NCBI GenBank assembly: GCA_022646745.1
Contig: CP060262.1
Span: 2,370,001-2,402,000 of the forward strand
Source: Planctomycetales bacterium
Lineage (GTDB): Bacteria; 4484-113; JAFGCY01
Length of the DNA: 32,000 nucleotides
Direction: 5' to 3'
The notes under the pieces are model-generated. The model had not been told where the DNA came from, made no database searches, and was given only the letters and a program-made list of their open reading frames with translations. Position 1 is the first letter of the stretch. Each line of letters opens with the position of its first letter. Below, in pieces: positions 8,323-17,725 of this stretch. Made by a program: the position numbers and the translations under genes.

Positions 8323-10067
8323 TACATGCCCCAGTCAGACAGGATCAGGCTGGCGGTACGCATCTGCTTCTCAATGTCCTCTTCCTCCTCGGCACGGATC
8401 GCCTTTTCCAGGTCCTCCGTCAGCGAGCGAAGCTTGGACAGCTCCATTTCGTTCATCTTCTTGCTGCCGTCGACCACCTGCTTGGTGAGGGTCTTCAGCT
8501 TCTCGTAGACACCCTGAGCCTCGAACAGGATCTTGCCCTTCTCGCGCTGGGCGATCAGGGATCCGCTCATCTGGGCCACCTCGCGCTCGGCATCGGAGAT
8601 GTCCTCACCGGTCAGGCGCTGCTTGGAGGCCTTGATGGTGATGCCCTTTCCGACGCCGGTCTGGCGGTCCTTGGCGGTGACCTTCACGATGCCGTTCACG
8701 TCGTAGTCGAAGCTGACCTCGACCAGGCTCTCGCCGGCCATGCCGGTGGAGATGCCGCCCAGCACGAACTCACCGAGGCTGGAGTTCTCGTTGGCCTTCA
8801 TGCTCTCACCCTGCAGCACGTGGATCAGGGCTTCGGTCTGGCCGTCGATGGTGGTCTTGTACAGCTTCTTCTCGGAGCAGGGGATGGAGGTGTTGCGGCT
8901 GATGATCGGGCTGAAGCGGTTGTTCTCCGTCTCGATGCCGAGCGTGAACGGGGCCACGTCGACCACCACCAGCTCCTCCAGGTTACCGCGCTTGATGCCG
9001 GCCTGGATGGCGGCGCCGGCGGCGACGCACTCCTCCGGGTTGATGTCGGTGTAGGCTTCCTTGCCGGTGACGTTCTTGACCAGGCGGCCCACGGCGGGCG
9101 TGCGGGTCATACCACCGACGAGGATCACGGCGCCGAGGTCCTCGGGCTTCAGGTTGGCATCACTGAGCGCCAGCTCCATCGGCTGCAGGGTCTGGTCCAC
9201 CAGGTCCTGCACCAGGTCCTCATACTTGGCACGGGTCAGGGTCTCGTTCAGGTGCAGCGGCTCATCACCACCGGTGTAGATGAACGGCAGGTTGATGTTC
9301 GTCTCAAGCAGGCTGGAGAGGTCGATCTTGGCGTTCTCCGCGGCTTCCTTGAGGCGCTGCATGATCGCGCGCTGCTGGGAGACGTCGGAGATCGAACGCA
9401 GGTCGATTTTCTCCTTCTCCTTGAAGCGGTCGATCAGGAACTCGACGACTCGGTAATCGAAGTCGTCACCACCGAGGTTGTTGTTACCGGTGGTGGCAAG
9501 CACCTTGAAGGCGCCGTCCACGAGGCGGATGACGGAGACATCGAACGTGCCTCCACCGAGGTCGTAGACCATGATGGTCTTCGCCTCGCCGCGCTCGAAA
9601 CCGTAGGCCAGGGCGGCTGCCGTGGGCTCGTTCAGAATACGCTCGACCTTGAAGCCGGCGATCTCGCCCGCATCCTTGGTGGCCTGGCGCTGGGAGTCCG
9701 TGAAGTAGGCCGGCACCGTGATCACCGCTTCCTCGACGATGTCGTTGAGGTAGGTTTCCGCGTCCAGCTTCAGCTTCTTGAGGATCACCGCGCTGATTTC
9801 CTGCGGGGAGAACTCCTTGTCGCCGATGCTGATGCGGCGGTCGGTGCCCATCAGGCGCTTGATGCTGGTGATGGTGCGCTCGGGGTTGGCAACGGCCTGG
9901 TTCTTGGCCGGTTCACCGACGAGCAGCTCACCGGTCTCGGTGAAGCCGACAACTGACGGGGTGATGAACTTGCCTCGCTCATTCGGGATGAGCTGGGGCT
10001 GGCCGTCAATGATGGCCGCAATCAGCGAGTTCGTCGTGCCGAGGTCGATTCCAACAATTTGACCCAT
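8322..10067 (-). CDS. dnaK: Hsp70 family chaperone, DnaK-like, Gram-positive-type short form with a shortened C-terminal lid
   Basis: 581 aa. Motifs IVGIDLGTTNS, DLGGGTFDVS, VILVGGMTRTPAV and NPEECVAAGAAIQAG. It shows the ~24-aa deletion typical of Gram-positive-type DnaK (MGTDRRISIGDKEFSPQE). The substrate-binding domain is divergent (VVDVAPFTLGIET, SIPCS). The lid is about 100 aa with no G-rich/EEVD-like tail. Strong RBS TAAGGAGA lies upstream of the ATG. Confidence 0.9.
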   Translation of the reverse strand: MGQIVGIDLGTTNSLIAAIIDGQPQLIPNERGKFITPSVVGFTETGELLVGEPAKNQAVANPERTITSIKRLMGTDRRISIGDKEFSPQEISAVILKKLKLDAETYLNDIVEEAVITVPAYFTDSQRQATKDAGEIAGFKVERILNEPTAAALAYGFERGEAKTIMVYDLGGGTFDVSVIRLVDGAFKVLATTGNNNLGGDDFDYRVVEFLIDRFKEKEKIDLRSISDVSQQRAIMQRLKEAAENAKIDLSSLLETNINLPFIYTGGDEPLHLNETLTRAKYEDLVQDLVDQTLQPMELALSDANLKPEDLGAVILVGGMTRTPAVGRLVKNVTGKEAYTDINPEECVAAGAAIQAGIKRGNLEELVVVDVAPFTLGIETENNRFSPIISRNTSIPCSEKKLYKTTIDGQTEALIHVLQGESMKANENSSLGEFVLGGISTGMAGESLVEVSFDYDVNGIVKVTAKDRQTGVGKGITIKASKQRLTGEDISDAEREVAQMSGSLIAQREKGKILFEAQGVYEKLKTLTKQVVDGSKKMNEMELSKLRSLTEDLEKAIRAEEEEDIEKQMRTASLILSDWGM

Positions 10068-10159
10068 CTATGTCTCCTTACCGGATCAGGCCGGCTTCGT
10101 TTTGTACTCTGCCCGTGTCCGGCTGAAAGCCCCGCAGGGTAATGTTCTGACCATTCCGG

Positions 10160-10831
10160 TCATGCGTTTGTTTCGCTGTTCTTCACCACCACTACCTGGG
10201 CGGTGCGGAACACCTGGTCTCCAAACATGTAGCCCTTCAAAAGAATCCGGGACACCTTGCCGTCCTCCCTGCCGGGATGCGGTTCGGTACCCATCGCAAG
10301 ATGCAGGTGCGGATCGAAGCTGTCCCCGATCTGCATCTGCTTCAGGCCATGCCTGCTCAGCGTGTCCTGAATCAGCTGATAGACGGACTGCAGGCCGGTC
10401 ATCACGCCCTGGGGGACGCTGCCCGGCTGGTTCTCCATCAGCTCAAACACCCTGTCCAGGGAATCCACCCCGATCAGCAGGTCCTTGAAAAGGCGCCTGA
10501 TCTGGGATTCATCCTCCTTGCTGCTCAGCACCTGCTCGAGCGGGCGCAGCTTCATCTCCAGCGAACGCAGCTGCTCGGCGGTCCTGTCCAGTCCGACGGC
10601 TTCAATGGCCGGCATGCGCAACTGCTCCACACCGACTCGCAGCCGGGACAGTTCCGCACGCAGTTTCCCCACGTCAGCCATCACCGAGGAGACGTTTGTC
10701 CAGACCTCTGACGACAGGTCGGGAGAGGGCTGGACTGTGTCCTCGACAGGGAAGAGATTATAGTATTGCTCAGTACTGAAGTCAATTTCAGCAACCAGCC
10801 TGGCAAGCTCTGCGGAGCGCTCCTGCTGCAT
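10160..10831 (-). CDS. grpE: GrpE-like nucleotide exchange factor, divergent N-terminal half
   Basis: The C-terminal domain matches the GrpE beta-domain pattern (GLKQMQIGDSFDPHLHLAMG....GKVSRILLKGYMFGDQVFRTAQVVVVKN). It is preceded by LLIGVDSLDRV, which resembles L.v.DnleRA. The ATG at 10831 overlaps the TGA of the upstream TPR gene (TGATG); an in-frame GTG at 10834 is an alternative start. Confidence 0.75.
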   Translation of the reverse strand: MQQERSAELARLVAEIDFSTEQYYNLFPVEDTVQPSPDLSSEVWTNVSSVMADVGKLRAELSRLRVGVEQLRMPAIEAVGLDRTAEQLRSLEMKLRPLEQVLSSKEDESQIRRLFKDLLIGVDSLDRVFELMENQPGSVPQGVMTGLQSVYQLIQDTLSRHGLKQMQIGDSFDPHLHLAMGTEPHPGREDGKVSRILLKGYMFGDQVFRTAQVVVVKNSETNA

Positions 10832-13800
10832 CACACCAGCGTCCCGTCAGGAATCTTCAGGTTGATCTGCAGCAGCTCCAGCAGCGGCGAGGTGATCTCA
10901 CCCTCATCCGCCTTCCAGGGCTCAAGCTGCGAGTAGTCCGGGTCCGGCACGCTCTTGGGCATCGGCAGGGTCTCGAAGCTGATCTTGCCGTCACGCGGCA
11001 GCTTGGTCAGCCTGCCGCGGGTGGCCTCGACATCCACCGGATTGAACACGAATAGGTTGATCGCCTGGCGCTTCTTCTTGTTGGCGTAGAGGTTCGTGTA
11101 GGCCTCCTCCACCAGCATGAAGTCATCCGCGTGGCGCTCGGGGTTGAAGATCTTGATCAGGCGGAAGTACTCCCGCTCGATCTGGGTCTCATGCGCATTC
11201 TTGTCGAGGCTGAGCATCCAGTAGAACTGGTTGGCCTTCTTGAAGAAGGCGATGCTGTCCTCGGCGCGCACCTTCGTCAGGTCAAACTCCGGGCGGCCCT
11301 TCGTCAGCGCGAAGGTGTTCATCGCCTTCTCGATGGTGTTGATGTCCTGCGAAAGGTGGCTGTGCTTGCGCGGGTTCTGGTTGATCATCACCTGCCAGGT
11401 CTTGCCGAGGCGGTGGAAGGAGCGCGTGCACTCCTCGTAGTTGTCAGTCATCAGGTAGCCGATCGCCAGGTTCTGCTGGATCGCCGCGTTGTCCTCATCG
11501 AACTTGAGCGACTTCTTCCATTCCTCCAGCGCCAGCTTGTGCTGGTCCTTGCGGGCCAGCTGGTAGGCGTTCAGGTCCAGCGTGGCGGCGTAGAGCACCG
11601 GCAGGTCCGGGTTGCTCTCGTCCACCTTGCGCAGCGTCTCCCAGGTTGCCATCGCCTCCTGGGCGTAGCCGGCGGCCATGAAGGCCATGCCGATCTCGGT
11701 GAACTGGCGGATCTTCTTGTCCGGCGCGCTCTGGGCCTCGTTGCAGATCCGGAGCAGCTCCTTCCAGTGGTGCACCGCCATGTCGCGCTTGTTCATCGCG
11801 GAGTAGGCGCGGCCGAGGTACCAGTGCACCTGGGTGTCCTTCGGGTCCTGGCGCAGCATGCCGTCCAGCAGGCTGACGGCCCGTTCGTACAAGCCGTCGT
11901 GGATCAGCACGGCGGCCTGCATCAGCGGCGGGGCCTGATCAGGGAACTCGACATTCTGCCAGACTTTGCCGCCCTGCGCCTCGGGATCGCTCAGGAAGCA
12001 GTCCACCATGCGCGGGAAGTTGTCATTGGCTAAATTGCCACGCCTGGCGAGGTCGAGGAATACGCGCCAGGCCTTGTCTGGCTGCTGGTTGAGCATGTAG
12101 GCGTAGGCGTTGGAGCGCTCCAGCGAGGGATCCTCGTCCTTCCAGGAGATCTCGCGGTAGTAGATGATCGCCTTGGCGTATTCCTTCTTCAGGTGGTAGG
12201 CGTAGGCGAGGTAGGTCTTCGTCAGCATCTGGTTCGGCAGGATGCGGTGCGAGACGTCGAGGACCCGCGTGGCGCGGTCAAGGTCACGGGAGAAGAATGC
12301 CTTCTCGCCGTACAGCCGCAGCACGTCGACGATCACCTGGCGCAGGGTACGGTCGTTGCGGTTGACCTCCACGGCACGGGTGAACAGCGGCAGGCCCTCA
12401 CCGAGCTTGTCCTCACGCAGATGCTTGTGGCCCTGGAAGAACAGTGCCAGTGACAGGAACACCTGCTCGGCCCGGCCACTCGGGTTGAGCCGCAGGATCT
12501 CCTCGAGGTGCATGATCGCTTCTGACAACTCACCGAGGCGGATCCGCACGATGCCGATCTGCAGCCCCAGCCAGCGCTGGAACTTGACCAGGCGTGGGTC
12601 CTTGACCAGCTTCAGGTAGCGCTGGTGCGCGTCCTGCAGCTTGCCGTCCAGTTCAAGGTTGATGGCCGTGCGCAGTTCAAGCAGGAAGTCCGGGATCTCG
12701 TCCGCGGATTCAAGCGAACTGAGCAGCGCACCGGCCTCGCTGACCTGGCCCAGCATCTGCCGGGCGGCCGCGATCCAGTAGTCACGCTTGGCGCCGAATT
12801 CCTTGCTGTCGAGGCTTTCCAGCAGGCTGATGGCTTCCTTGGCACGGCCTTCCATGATGTAGATCTTGGCAAGGCGGAAGCTGATCGTGCTGCTCGGGTT
12901 GAGCCTGGAGGCATCTTCGTAGGCACGGCTGGCCAGCGGGTAGTTGAAGTGCTCGATAAAGAAGTCGCCGACATCCTGCAGTACGGCGGCCCGCCCAGCT
13001 GCGGCGACGGTCTCGGTCAGGCGCGTACTGTCTGCCTCGAAGCAGCGCACCGCCACATTGAGCAGCATTGCGTCTTCCTTGCCGTCGTTGAGGATGTCAA
13101 TCAGCAACGCGAAAGCAATCTCCTCCGGGGTGCTGAACTTCTTCAGCTCAAACAGCTTCCGGTAGACCCGCATCTCGACACTGCCGGGCTGCGGCCTGGC
13201 GCCGCTTTCGAGGATGATCTCGGCCAGCAGGTCAACCAGGCGCGGATTGATGTCGTCTGATTTCTCGGTCTTGTCGAACAGGGCGTAGTAGGCCTGCTGG
13301 GCCTGCTCGCCGCGGCGGCCGGTGTTCAGGAAGCAGTTCGTCAGCGCTTCGTCATAGATCGCCGCCAACGGGCCTTTCTCAGGCCGGCCGAGCACCACAA
13401 GGTAGTTCAGCGTCTCGGCGTTGAAGGCCTTGGCCTCCAGCCGGATCTCGGCCAGCACCTCGGCGAGCATCTTTCTGACGTCCTCGTCGACGAACTGGAA
13501 TGCCTGCTTGTAGATGCTGTCGGCAATTTCGTCACGGCGGTCGGCGGCATGGTAGGCGCGAGCCAGGATCGCTGTGATCACGGGGTCCGTCGGGTTGTCA
13601 ACCAGCGCTTCCTCGTAGATCTTCTGCGCCTGGTCGTCAACGCGCGTCAGCTCAGCGTATTGGTGCGCGAGGATCTGGTAGATGCGGCGCTGCGGCCGGT
13701 CGGGCCACTGCGAGAGGTAGCTCTCGTATACCCGCATCGCGAACTCGTCCTCGCGGTCGTTGGCAAGGCAGTGCTCAGCGAGGATCAGCACGGCGCGCTT

Positions 13801-14808
13801 CGTGACCGTGCGCTGCTCGAAGGCACGCGTCATGATCTCGATTGCTTCGTCGTCAAACTTGTTGCTTTCGGCGAGCTTGTCGCTCAGGAAGGTCAGCAGG
13901 TTGCGGTCGCTGAAGCCCTGGCGGTAGATCGCGAGGCACATCCCGAGCTTGTCAAGGAAGTCCAGCCCGCTGTTGAGCGCGAGCTCGGTCAGCTTCTGCA
14001 GCACCTCGTTTTCGAGCTTGCCGCGCTCCAACGCCCGCTCGATGTAGGGGATGGTGCCAGGGTGGAAGTCCTCATGCTCGATGTAGTAGCTGGCCAGCAG
14101 CTGCAGGGCCTGCAGGTTGTCAGAAGTCTCCACCACGTCGCGGTAGACTCCGGCGGCGAACTCGTCCTTCTCGTTGTTGACGATCAGGCTCTCCAGCAGC
14201 ACCTCACGCAACTTGCGGTCAGCCTTGCGGTTCTGGTAGGCGTTGCGGTAGATCTCGAGTGCTTCGGGATCGCGGCGGTTGTCACGCAGGTAGTGGTCGG
14301 CGAGCACGCCAAGCCCGTCCTTCCAGAGCGGGTAGGCGATCGCGGTGTCCCGCAGGAAGGCGAACTCCTTCTCATCGAGGTGCTCGCCTTTCTGGCTGTA
14401 CAGGTTCTTGGCAAGGTTCAGCAGCAATCGCTTGGAGTTGCTGTCCTGTTCACCGGCACGGCGCACGAGGTCAAACACCTCAGGCTCGATCCACCTGCTG
14501 TCCACCAGCCTGTCCGCGATGGCGGGGAGCTGCTGGGGGGCAAAGCCGGCGAGTCTATCAGCGTGGGCCAGGGCTTCTGCGGCCTTGCCGGAGGCAACAT
14601 AGGCATTGAACAGTTCAAGGGAAAGCACGCCGATCTGGCTGCGCAGTTCGGCATCCCCCTCCTTGCCTTCGGAGTCCTCCGCCATCAGCTCATTCACAAT
14701 CTCGGCAGCATCTCCGAGCTTTCCCCCGTCAAGGAGCTTGGAAGCCTGCTTCAGACGAGCAGACTGTTTGCTTGCTGAGCCCGAGAACAGTTTTTCGAAT
14801 AGACCCAT
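10831..14808 (-). CDS. 1325-aa TPR-repeat protein with a C-terminal degenerate J-like domain (HPD replaced by NPE)
   Basis: Long helical repeat protein with many TPR-like 34-aa units (A..Y..AL....P....A...LA.AY). The C-terminal segment YWMLSLDKNAHETQIEREYFRLIKIFNPERHADDFMLVEEAYTNLYANKKKRQ aligns with the J-domain template Y..LG......eIkkaYrkLa..yHPDr.....F..i.eAY..L.d..kR. I checked the NPE codons directly at 11137-11145 (minus strand AAC CCC GAG). Confidence 0.8.
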   Translation of the reverse strand: MGLFEKLFSGSASKQSARLKQASKLLDGGKLGDAAEIVNELMAEDSEGKEGDAELRSQIGVLSLELFNAYVASGKAAEALAHADRLAGFAPQQLPAIADRLVDSRWIEPEVFDLVRRAGEQDSNSKRLLLNLAKNLYSQKGEHLDEKEFAFLRDTAIAYPLWKDGLGVLADHYLRDNRRDPEALEIYRNAYQNRKADRKLREVLLESLIVNNEKDEFAAGVYRDVVETSDNLQALQLLASYYIEHEDFHPGTIPYIERALERGKLENEVLQKLTELALNSGLDFLDKLGMCLAIYRQGFSDRNLLTFLSDKLAESNKFDDEAIEIMTRAFEQRTVTKRAVLILAEHCLANDREDEFAMRVYESYLSQWPDRPQRRIYQILAHQYAELTRVDDQAQKIYEEALVDNPTDPVITAILARAYHAADRRDEIADSIYKQAFQFVDEDVRKMLAEVLAEIRLEAKAFNAETLNYLVVLGRPEKGPLAAIYDEALTNCFLNTGRRGEQAQQAYYALFDKTEKSDDINPRLVDLLAEIILESGARPQPGSVEMRVYRKLFELKKFSTPEEIAFALLIDILNDGKEDAMLLNVAVRCFEADSTRLTETVAAAGRAAVLQDVGDFFIEHFNYPLASRAYEDASRLNPSSTISFRLAKIYIMEGRAKEAISLLESLDSKEFGAKRDYWIAAARQMLGQVSEAGALLSSLESADEIPDFLLELRTAINLELDGKLQDAHQRYLKLVKDPRLVKFQRWLGLQIGIVRIRLGELSEAIMHLEEILRLNPSGRAEQVFLSLALFFQGHKHLREDKLGEGLPLFTRAVEVNRNDRTLRQVIVDVLRLYGEKAFFSRDLDRATRVLDVSHRILPNQMLTKTYLAYAYHLKKEYAKAIIYYREISWKDEDPSLERSNAYAYMLNQQPDKAWRVFLDLARRGNLANDNFPRMVDCFLSDPEAQGGKVWQNVEFPDQAPPLMQAAVLIHDGLYERAVSLLDGMLRQDPKDTQVHWYLGRAYSAMNKRDMAVHHWKELLRICNEAQSAPDKKIRQFTEIGMAFMAAGYAQEAMATWETLRKVDESNPDLPVLYAATLDLNAYQLARKDQHKLALEEWKKSLKFDEDNAAIQQNLAIGYLMTDNYEECTRSFHRLGKTWQVMINQNPRKHSHLSQDINTIEKAMNTFALTKGRPEFDLTKVRAEDSIAFFKKANQFYWMLSLDKNAHETQIEREYFRLIKIFNPERHADDFMLVEEAYTNLYANKKKRQAINLFVFNPVDVEATRGRLTKLPRDGKISFETLPMPKSVPDPDYSQLEPWKADEGEITSPLLELLQINLKIPDGTLV

Positions 14809-14892
14809 ACTGACTTTATTCAGACCTGCTGTAACTAATAGGGTTCGACCTCGCCTCAGGGGGCCAGCCGATTAAGATTAATAGTGTAGCAG

Positions 14893-15999
14893 TTACCTGA
14901 TGTTAAGTAACTGGTAGAGGAAATTCCCGCCCTTCTTTTCCGCCTTGATGTCCTCCTCCTTGAGGTCGGACAGCAGCTGTTTCTGCTGGCGGTTTAGCTT
15001 CTGGGGCACGTAGAGCTTCACCCGCACGTGCAGGTTGCCCTTTCCATGGCCGCGCAGGCGGCTCAGGCCATGCCCGCGCAAGGTGAACTGGCTGTGGCTT
15101 TCGGTGCCGGCCGGGATGCGCAGCTTCTCCGTACCCTCGAGGGTGGGCACATCCACCGTGGCGCCGGACACGAGGTCTGTGTAATGCACTGGCAGTTCGA
15201 CGAACAGGTCGGAACCGTCTCGCTGGAACTGCTTGTCCGGCTCCACTGTGACCTGCACATACAGGTCGCCGGGGATCCCACCACCGGGGGCCGCATGGCC
15301 CATCCCGCTCATTTGCAACAGGTTGCCATTGTCAATGCCGGCCGGGATGCTCACATCAATCCGGCGTTTCTTATACTGGAAACCGGTGCCGCGGCAGGAC
15401 TTGCAGGGGTCGCTGACGGTCACACCGTCGCCACGGCAGGTCGGGCAGGTGGTCTGGGTGCGCATCGCCCCGAGCAGGGTCTCACGCACCTGCACCACGG
15501 CCCCGCGGCCGCCGCAGGTGCGGCAGGTCTCGGGCTTGCTGCCGGCTTCAGCACGGCTGCCATCGCAGCTTTCGCAGGTCTCGCGCCGCTCGATGTCGAG
15601 CTCCACATGCTGTTCCGTCAGGCAGTCGCGCAGCTTCTGGTGCACACTGCGCTGGATGTCCTCGCCACGCCGCTGGCGCCGTCCAGCGCCACCCCCGCCA
15701 CCGCCGAAGAACATCTCGAACAGGTCGTTGATTGAGCCGAAGCCCTCGCCAAACGGGCTGCCGCCGCCCATCCCGCCGGGGCCGCCGACAGTGCCATACT
15801 GGTCATATTGCGCGCGCTTCTGCGGATCCGAGAGGATCTCGTAGGCGACGCTGATTTCCTTGAAGCGCTCCTCAGCCCCGCTGTCGCTGTTGACATCGGG
15901 GTGGTACTGGCGCGCCAGCTTGCGATAGCTCTTCTTGATCTCATCCGCGCTCGCTTCACGCGAGACCCCGAGGATCTCATACAGGTCTGTTGAACTCAT
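14893..15999 (-). CDS. dnaJ: Molecular chaperone DnaJ (type I: J domain, G/F region, four CxxCxGxG zinc-finger motifs)
   Basis: [33 protein letters not shown] with an intact HPD. G/F-rich linker. [24 protein letters not shown] and CKSCRGTG. The ATG overlaps the hrcA stop (ATGA at 15996-15999). Confidence 0.95.
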   Translation of the reverse strand: MSSTDLYEILGVSREASADEIKKSYRKLARQYHPDVNSDSGAEERFKEISVAYEILSDPQKRAQYDQYGTVGGPGGMGGGSPFGEGFGSINDLFEMFFGGGGGGAGRRQRRGEDIQRSVHQKLRDCLTEQHVELDIERRETCESCDGSRAEAGSKPETCRTCGGRGAVVQVRETLLGAMRTQTTCPTCRGDGVTVSDPCKSCRGTGFQYKKRRIDVSIPAGIDNGNLLQMSGMGHAAPGGGIPGDLYVQVTVEPDKQFQRDGSDLFVELPVHYTDLVSGATVDVPTLEGTEKLRIPAGTESHSQFTLRGHGLSRLRGHGKGNLHVRVKLYVPQKLNRQQKQLLSDLKEEDIKAEKKGGNFLYQLLNIR

Positions 16000-17072
16000 C
16001 CATCCCTCCCGGGCAGCAGGCCCTCACTGCTGTCGGACAGTGCACTGGCGATGCTCTCGCCGATCAGCTTGATCCAGGGCAGGGTGCGGTCGTAGAACAG
16101 GCGCGTCGGGCCGATCACGCCGAGCGTGCCCTCGCCGGCGCGAGGCACGTCATAGCGGCTCAGCACCAGGCTGACCTGGTGCAGGTCGGGGTCACTGTTC
16201 TCGCTGCCGATGATGGTCTGCACGCTGCGGCTGTTGAGCCGGCTGCGCAGGTTGCGGATGAAGCGGTCACGGTCCTGCAACACGTTGACAACGCTGTTCA
16301 GGCTCTCGCTGGAGCTGAACTCCGGCTGCACTACCAGCTTCAACGCATTGCTGAACATCACGCGCTCGCCGCTGAAGCTCATGCCCTCGATGAAGGAGGA
16401 CACCGCCTCGTACATCCCTTCCGGCAGGTTGACGGTCTCGATGAAGATGCGGCGCATCTCCTGGTAGTCAACCTCAATGATGCTGCGGTGGCGCAGGTAG
16501 TTCGTCAGGCTTTCGCTCAGGCGCGCGAGGTCCAGCGAGCTGGTTTCCAGCGGCACCCTGATGCGGCGGCTCTGCATCACGCCGGTCGCCGTAACGAGTA
16601 CCGCTAGGATCTCCTGCTCTCCGGCCTCGACGAAGTTGAGGCTGCGGATCTCCAGCGCGCTGGGCCGCGGCAGGCTGACCCAGGCCACGTAGCCGGTCAT
16701 CTCCGTGAGCAGGTCCAGCGTGCCCTCGAACAGTGATTCCGTCTCGCTGGACAGCTGGGAATAGACCTCGGCCACGCGGCCACGATCGGCGAGCGTCTCG
16801 CTCAGGTCAGACAGCAGTTCCTCCACGAGGTAGCGGTAGGCAAGGTCAGTCGGGATCCGTCCGCCGGAAGTGTGGGGCTGCATCAGGAAGCCCATCTCCT
16901 CCAGCGCGGCCAGCTCATTGCGGATTGTGGCACTGCTGGCCTTGACCGACTCGGAGATCAGGGACGAACTGACGGGGCGCACGTTGCGCACATAGCTGCT
17001 GATCACGTGGCGCAGGATGGCACGGCGCCGCTGTGTCAGCCTCCCAAGCAGGTCCTGTCTGAGAATCTCCAT
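15996..17072 (-). CDS. hrcA: Heat-inducible transcription repressor HrcA
   Basis: 358 aa. N-terminal winged-helix region [68 protein letters not shown] is the HrcA signature. First gene of the operon. Confidence 0.9.
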   Translation of the reverse strand: MEILRQDLLGRLTQRRRAILRHVISSYVRNVRPVSSSLISESVKASSATIRNELAALEEMGFLMQPHTSGGRIPTDLAYRYLVEELLSDLSETLADRGRVAEVYSQLSSETESLFEGTLDLLTEMTGYVAWVSLPRPSALEIRSLNFVEAGEQEILAVLVTATGVMQSRRIRVPLETSSLDLARLSESLTNYLRHRSIIEVDYQEMRRIFIETVNLPEGMYEAVSSFIEGMSFSGERVMFSNALKLVVQPEFSSSESLNSVVNVLQDRDRFIRNLRSRLNSRSVQTIIGSENSDPDLHQVSLVLSRYDVPRAGEGTLGVIGPTRLFYDRTLPWIKLIGESIASALSDSSEGLLPGRDG

Positions 17073-17108
17073 TACAGCAATCCCGCCAGGCTATCGCCCG
17101 GCAAGCTA

Positions 17109-17138
17109 AATATACGCAATTGCGGGGAATTGTGTTAC
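17109..17138 (-). promoter_or_regulatory. Weak candidate promoter upstream of hrcA
   Basis: On the minus strand: GTAACA (17138-17133), 18-nt spacer, TATATT (17114-17109). Downstream of it is a 7-bp hairpin gccgggc-gata-gcctggc in the putative leader. No CIRCE inverted repeat seen. Confidence 0.25.
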
Positions 17139-17154
17139 CCGCGGACCATCTCAG

Positions 17155-17673
17155 TTATTCCCTGATGTAGGCCCGGGTAATGAAATCGGCTTCGGGGAAC
17201 ATGTCCTTGAACACCTGGATGCCGCCTGGCTGCTGCAGGCCGAACTGGTCATCGAACTCGCAGCGGTGCAGGCTGTCCGCCACTTCCATGCCTTCCTTAA
17301 CACGGGCGAAGGCCGGGAAGCCCTGCCCATCGAGGAAGTGGTTGTCCTTGAAGTTGACGAAGATGTGCGAGCTGCGGCTGTTGGGGGCACCGGTGCGGCC
17401 AAAGGAGATGTTGCCGCGGCTGTTGCCTTCCACGATCGGCTCGTCCTTGACCGTCTGTGACCCGATGCCTTCATTGTGCTCGGGGTTTGCGCTGATGCCA
17501 CACTGTGCGACGAAGTTGTCAATCACGCGGAACCAGGGCGCACCGTCATAGAATCCGGACTTCACCAGTCCGAGGAAATGCTCGGTGCCCAGCGGGGACC
17601 AGTCCTCCACGACCTCGATCACGATGTTGCCGCTCGTGGTCTCAAAAACCACTTCTGTAAGCTTGCCTGCCAT
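17155..17673 (-). CDS. Cyclophilin-like peptidyl-prolyl isomerase, divergent, no signal peptide
   Basis: Start moved to the ATG at 17673, which follows GAGGAG (17685-17680) by 6 nt. The 21 upstream codons of the track ORF are occupied by a terminator hairpin. Cyclophilin-fold motifs: VVFETTSGNIVIEV, GFYDGAPWFRVIDNFVAQCG (vs FHRVI.GFMIQGG), GAPNSRSSHIFVNF (vs N.NGSQFFI) and FARVKEGMEVAD. Confidence 0.8.
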   Translation of the reverse strand: MAGKLTEVVFETTSGNIVIEVVEDWSPLGTEHFLGLVKSGFYDGAPWFRVIDNFVAQCGISANPEHNEGIGSQTVKDEPIVEGNSRGNISFGRTGAPNSRSSHIFVNFKDNHFLDGQGFPAFARVKEGMEVADSLHRCEFDDQFGLQQPGGIQVFKDMFPEADFITRAYIRE

Positions 17674-17695
17674 GCGATTCTCCTCGTCCAATAAT

Positions 17696-17725
17696 GAAAA
17701 AGCTGCCGGCCCGGGGGCCGGCAGC
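17696..17725 (-). terminator. Rho-independent terminator of the upstream cyclophilin lipoprotein gene
   Basis: On the minus strand: gctgccggccc-cc-gggccggcagc (17725-17702), an 11-bp perfect stem followed by TTTTT. It lies between the TAA at 17737-17739 and the RBS of the next gene. Confidence 0.85.

Noticed and set aside
8298-9956. A 552-aa plus-strand ORF antisense to the Hsp70 gene. There are many other long antisense ORFs: 2048..2647, 3503..4567, 4752..6365, 6594..7373, 11131..12033, 13549..14778, 15028..15735, 15990..16607, 17950..18660, 20940..21467, 21545..22153, 24136..25086, 27057..27710, 27997..28650 and 29281..29904.
   Set aside because: These are typical shadow ORFs of high-GC genes, where stop codons are rare on the antisense strand. 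Their translations are Ala/Gly/Arg/Leu/Val-rich low-complexity with no motifs. Each is fully covered by an opposite-strand gene with clear family signatures or signal peptides.
14838-14852. A tRNA T-arm-like GGTTCGA motif in the dnaJ/TPR intergenic gap.
   Set aside because: There is no complementary T-stem, acceptor stem or anticodon arm around it, and the gap is only 84 nt. It is not a tRNA.
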